Origin: Infirmifilum sp.
GTDB lineage: Archaea > Thermoproteota > Thermoprotei > Thermofilales > Thermofilaceae
Assembly (NCBI GenBank): GCA_041287245.1
Contig: JBEULP010000096.1
Location: forward strand, 1 to 29,942
Direction: 5' to 3'
DNA: 29,942 nt
Both the position numbers and the translations under genes were made by a program. This document shows positions 26,747 to 29,942 of this stretch, piece by piece (the stretch's first letter is position 1; each line of letters begins with the position of its first letter). The notes beneath the pieces are model-generated. The model made no database searches. It saw only the letters and a program-made list of their open reading frames with translations, and was not told the origin of the DNA.

Positions 26747-27659
26747 GCCTGATATAATTCCTACCCATCCTCTTTTCGAGCACTACTATCCCACGGGACT
26801 CCAGCTTCCTAATGTGGCGCCAGACGGTCGTAGCCGGCAGTCCAAGCGTGCTGGTAAGCTCTGACTGGAACATGCCCCCACCTGCCCTCCTAATAACCTC
26901 AATTATCTGGGTGTCAACCTCAGAGAGCTCCTCCCTCTCCCGCCGCCTCAGGATGAAGTACAGGATGACAACCATAATGACTATGATTATGGATGCGATA
27001 TAGAGGGGGTTAAACCCAGCCCATTGCACCGATGGGGTGACAGAAGGCTGTGTACTCGGGCCAGCAGGCGCTTCGGGAGGCTTTGGAGAAGAGGGTTGTT
27101 GGGAGGGCGCGGTCGGGGTCGGTTGACTGCTCGGCTTAGAGGTTGCCTGAGAGGGTGGGAGAATATATCCTATTAATACTGGACCTGGCTTAAAGGAGAG
27201 TATTATACTGCCCCCCTGGGTTGAAATACTGTCTGGGACTGTGTATATAGCGGACAAAGTAGCGTTAGGCGGCAGCTTCAACTGGACAGGTAGAGGTGAG
27301 GTGAAATTGACGATCCACCTCCCAGCAACCTTAGACGTGACAGTCGAAGTATAATAGTCTACTGTTACCTGTGCCGAGTCAAGGGTTATAATGGTCATAT
27401 CGCCCTGTGTCTGATTTATAGAGTAGGGTAGAGTTTCCCCCTTTTCGTTTTCCACAAGGATAACCATGCCAGGGTCAGGCTGACCTATAAGTCCCAGGTC
27501 GATCACAGCCGACCCGTTCGTCGGAAAAGTATAGATAACGTGGGCGCTACCGTCTATGTATACCTCTACCTTTACTAGACCCTGTGGCGCGGCGGCCAGG
27601 AACCCTGCCATGAGAAGTGAGATGAGCATGGCGATCAAGCTAGCCTTATTTGCAAGCAT
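26730..27659 (-). CDS. Membrane-anchored protein with C-terminal winged-HTH (predicted membrane-associated regulator)
   Basis: Signal peptide, beta-rich domain with N-x-S/T sequons, Pro/Ser/Thr linker, TM helix followed by RRR, then FQSEL..LGLPATTVWRHIRKLESRG. Confidence 0.8.
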   Translation of the reverse strand: MLANKASLIAMLISLLMAGFLAAAPQGLVKVEVYIDGSAHVIYTFPTNGSAVIDLGLIGQPDPGMVILVENEKGETLPYSINQTQGDMTIITLDSAQVTVDYYTSTVTSKVAGRWIVNFTSPLPVQLKLPPNATLSAIYTVPDSISTQGGSIILSFKPGPVLIGYILPPSQATSKPSSQPTPTAPSQQPSSPKPPEAPAGPSTQPSVTPSVQWAGFNPLYIASIIIVIMVVILYFILRRREREELSEVDTQIIEVIRRAGGGMFQSELTSTLGLPATTVWRHIRKLESRGIVVLEKRMGRNYIRLIRGA

Positions 27660-27711
27660 AACTTTTCCACTTGGATTCCACTATTAAAAAATAACGTAAG
27701 CTGGGTAGCCA

Positions 27712-28725
27712 CTAGGGCCTACAAACCCTCCCCCTGGGCTTCTCAGATCCCTTTTCGAGGTCGAGGAAAGCTTTCTCGAGAGCCTTTCGCAGCTCCGACG
27801 CCTTTTGCTCGGGTAGAGAGTCGTAGGTGAAAACCCAGCCTCCCCACTCGATCGAGGCAGGGTATTTCAACTTGTCCGCGGAGCGGTTAACCGGGTAGAA
27901 CTCTACGTGTAGGTGGAAGCCTTCGTATCCGCGGCAAGGCTTCTGGTGAAAAACCATCATGTAAGGCAGGCTGGAGTCGAAGAGCCTGTTATAAGCAGCG
28001 GTAACCATCCTTAAAGCGTCGGCTAGGTTTTCAACCTCACCCTCGCTGAGCTGCGCCAGCGTCTCGACGTGCCTCCCCGGGTACACGTGAACCTCGTACG
28101 GCCACATGGCGAAAAACGGCAGGAAAGCCTTGAAGTCATCGTTCGCGTAGAGCATCCTTACCCGCTCAGCCTCCTCCAACTTTAGAATATCGCACAACAG
28201 GCAAGTCCCGCGTTTTTCCCTGTGTGCCTGCATCATGCTATACTCCCGGCTGACACGCGGCGGGACGAAAGGCAAGATATAGACCTGCGAGTGGGGATGG
28301 GTAAGTGATACCCCGACAGCTTCTCCCTTGTTCCTAAAGGGAAAAACGTACTCTATTCTTGGATCGCTACAGTATCGGCTTGTAAGCTGCGACAGTACTT
28401 TAATGTATTTTACAAGGTTTTCGAAGGGCAGGCTATCCAGGTCCCCCTCGTGCTCAGGGGTCTCTACTACAACCTTAGCGTAACCATAGCCCTCCTTAAC
28501 AATGTATATATCATTGCTCTCTCGTGAGGCAACGGCGTCCGGCGTTAAAGCAGGATACTTGTTGTCGAGAACGATCACGTCCCACCCGAAGCCAGTCTCC
28601 TCTGCCCCGGGGCAGAACGGGCACTTCTCTACGCTGCGCCAAGGCCTAACGGCCCTCCTACTCGCAACTACGACCCAGGTGCCAAGTAGGGGGTTCCAAC
28701 GCAGCTCGTTAAAAGTGTTTTCCAC
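27712..28725 (-). CDS. galT: Galactose-1-phosphate uridylyltransferase
   Basis: ELRWNPLLG, CPFCPG, NKYP, NKG..GVSLTHPHSQ. Start set at GTG 28725 because the longer ORF overlaps galK. Confidence 0.93.
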   Translation of the reverse strand: MENTFNELRWNPLLGTWVVVASRRAVRPWRSVEKCPFCPGAEETGFGWDVIVLDNKYPALTPDAVASRESNDIYIVKEGYGYAKVVVETPEHEGDLDSLPFENLVKYIKVLSQLTSRYCSDPRIEYVFPFRNKGEAVGVSLTHPHSQVYILPFVPPRVSREYSMMQAHREKRGTCLLCDILKLEEAERVRMLYANDDFKAFLPFFAMWPYEVHVYPGRHVETLAQLSEGEVENLADALRMVTAAYNRLFDSSLPYMMVFHQKPCRGYEGFHLHVEFYPVNRSADKLKYPASIEWGGWVFTYDSLPEQKASELRKALEKAFLDLEKGSEKPRGRVCRP

Positions 28726-28760
28726 GTGAAGTTTATTTCCACAGATACCATTAATGCCTT

Positions 28761-29942
28761 GTGGAACCCCCAGCGGAACTGTTCGCATCTCTACGACGCA
28801 GACCCCAGATGGTATCATCGGCCCCCGGGAGAGTAGACTTCCTAAATACACACCAGGACTACAAGGGCCTACCAGTGGTGCCCGTAGCAATTAACCTTAG
28901 GACCTACATTGCCGTGGTAGAGGATAGCGGAAAATTCGAGGTAACCAGTCTAAACCTCAAGGAGAAAGGCGTAGAACACCGTGATGCTTTCCCTCCCTCT
29001 AACCCCCGCCTAAGAGAGGGGAAGTGGTGGGGGAACTACCTTAGGGCGTGTGTAATAGCGCTACAGAGAAAAAAGGGCGTGAAGCTCCAAAGGGGCTTTA
29101 AAGCGGTCGTTTACAGCCAGGTTCCCGTGGGTTCAGGCCTCTCGAGCAGCGCCGCGTTAGAGGTGTCTTTCTTAAAGGCTATAGACGAGTACTTCAACCT
29201 GGGCTTAACCACCGAGGAACTAGCTGAGACTGCGTTCTACGCCGAGAACGAGGTTATGGGCATACCCTGTGGAAGGCTAGACCAATATGCCTCTGCGTAC
29301 GGGGGAGTAATCCTCCTCTACCCTCGCCCCCCAGTGCGCGTCGAACCGCTAGACTTCGGCCACCTTGACCTCGTCGTCGTGGATTCAGGGATAAGCCACA
29401 GCGTCAGCGAGATACACCCTGTAAGGCAGGCTGAAATAAACGAGGCCCTAAGGCTCCTAAGAGGGATGGAGGACCTACCGTTAACCACACGACTAAAGCT
29501 CGGCGCCACTTTCGAAGACACGGCTTGGGATGAGATAGCATACCACGAAATCAAGAACTATGTTGAAAGGCTCCCTACCGCCCTTGCAAACCGGGTAGTC
29601 TTCACGCTCCTCATGCATGAGTCGACAATGCGTGTCATAGCTAAGGCACGTGCCGGGAGCCTTGACGCGGAGACCCTGGCTGAGGAGGTAAACCGCCAAC
29701 ACGAGTTCCTCAGAGACTTATACGAGGTCAGCCTCCCACAGCTTGAGTCAATCAGGAATGCAATGCTCCAGGCTGGAGCACAAGCCGCCAAGATTAGCGG
29801 CGCCGGCATGGGCGGAAGCCTACTAGCGTTGACTCGCAGCGAGGCTGAAGCGAAGAGAACAGTACTACAGAAAGCCATGGAAGCCGGTGCAAGGCAAGGC
29901 TGGTTCGCCGTCCAAGACAGAGGAGCATCAATCGACTTCCAC
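28761..29942 (+). CDS. galK: Galactokinase-family GHMP sugar kinase, open to the window edge (not in the ORF track)
   Basis: Open frame from GTG 28761 (or ATG 28809): SAPGRVDFLNTHQDY, PVGSGLSSSAA, PCGRLDQ, LRDLYEVS, KISGAGMGG. Confidence 0.9.
   Translation, partial: MEPPAELFASLRRRPQMVSSAPGRVDFLNTHQDYKGLPVVPVAINLRTYIAVVEDSGKFEVTSLNLKEKGVEHRDAFPPSNPRLREGKWWGNYLRACVIALQRKKGVKLQRGFKAVVYSQVPVGSGLSSSAALEVSFLKAIDEYFNLGLTTEELAETAFYAENEVMGIPCGRLDQYASAYGGVILLYPRPPVRVEPLDFGHLDLVVVDSGISHSVSEIHPVRQAEINEALRLLRGMEDLPLTTRLKLGATFEDTAWDEIAYHEIKNYVERLPTALANRVVFTLLMHESTMRVIAKARAGSLDAETLAEEVNRQHEFLRDLYEVSLPQLESIRNAMLQAGAQAAKISGAGMGGSLLALTRSEAEAKRTVLQKAMEAGARQGWFAVQDRGASIDFH

Noticed and set aside
27030..27160. 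Low-complexity stretch as a DNA repeat
   Set aside because: It encodes the Pro/Ser/Thr linker and has no tandem nucleotide unit
28726..28890. N-terminal extension of galT in the ORF track
   Set aside because: It overlaps the galK start on the opposite strand; GalT similarity begins at ELRWNP
1..29942. CRISPR array, rRNA, intact transposase or integrase
   Set aside because: No regularly spaced repeats or relevant motifs were seen on reading

Overview
Archaeal genomic DNA, most consistent with a hyperthermophilic Thermoproteota (Thermofilaceae-like) chromosome. This is inferred from TATA/BRE promoters about 25 nt upstream of starts, GGTGA ribosome-binding sites, archaeal-type GH1 and DUF2139-like genes, and a PTS. 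Nearly the whole window concerns carbohydrate and solute uptake. (1) 1-15.6 kb is a mannose-family phosphotransferase locus: Enzyme I, probable HPr start at the left edge, IIA, IIB and a fused IIC-IID. It is linked to an amino-sugar catabolic set: NagA, a GlmS homologue whose glutaminase catalytic residues are missing, a ceramidase-like amidase, a Gfo/Idh/MocA oxidoreductase, an uncharacterised TIM-barrel-like protein and a HAD phosphatase. (2) An A-rich glycerol block (6.2-10.05 kb) interrupts this locus and is decaying: glpK is gutted, DUF1667 has lost a Cys, and a further gene is truncated next to a possible IS end. (3) 15.6-20.7 kb is an ECF transporter with an unusual membrane component, flanked by two phosphoribosyltransferase-fold genes and driven from a near-palindromic divergent promoter. 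(4) 22.4-23.9 kb is a degraded accessory patch with a protoglobin-like remnant, a hidden Cys-rich repeat gene remnant, an Hjc-like nuclease and a GC-rich folded element. (5) 23.9-29.9 kb is a galactoside locus: frameshifted MFS, GH1, membrane-anchored HTH protein, galT and a galK-like kinase absent from the ORF track. No CRISPR array, rRNA or canonical tRNA was seen. All family calls come from motif recognition, not database searches.
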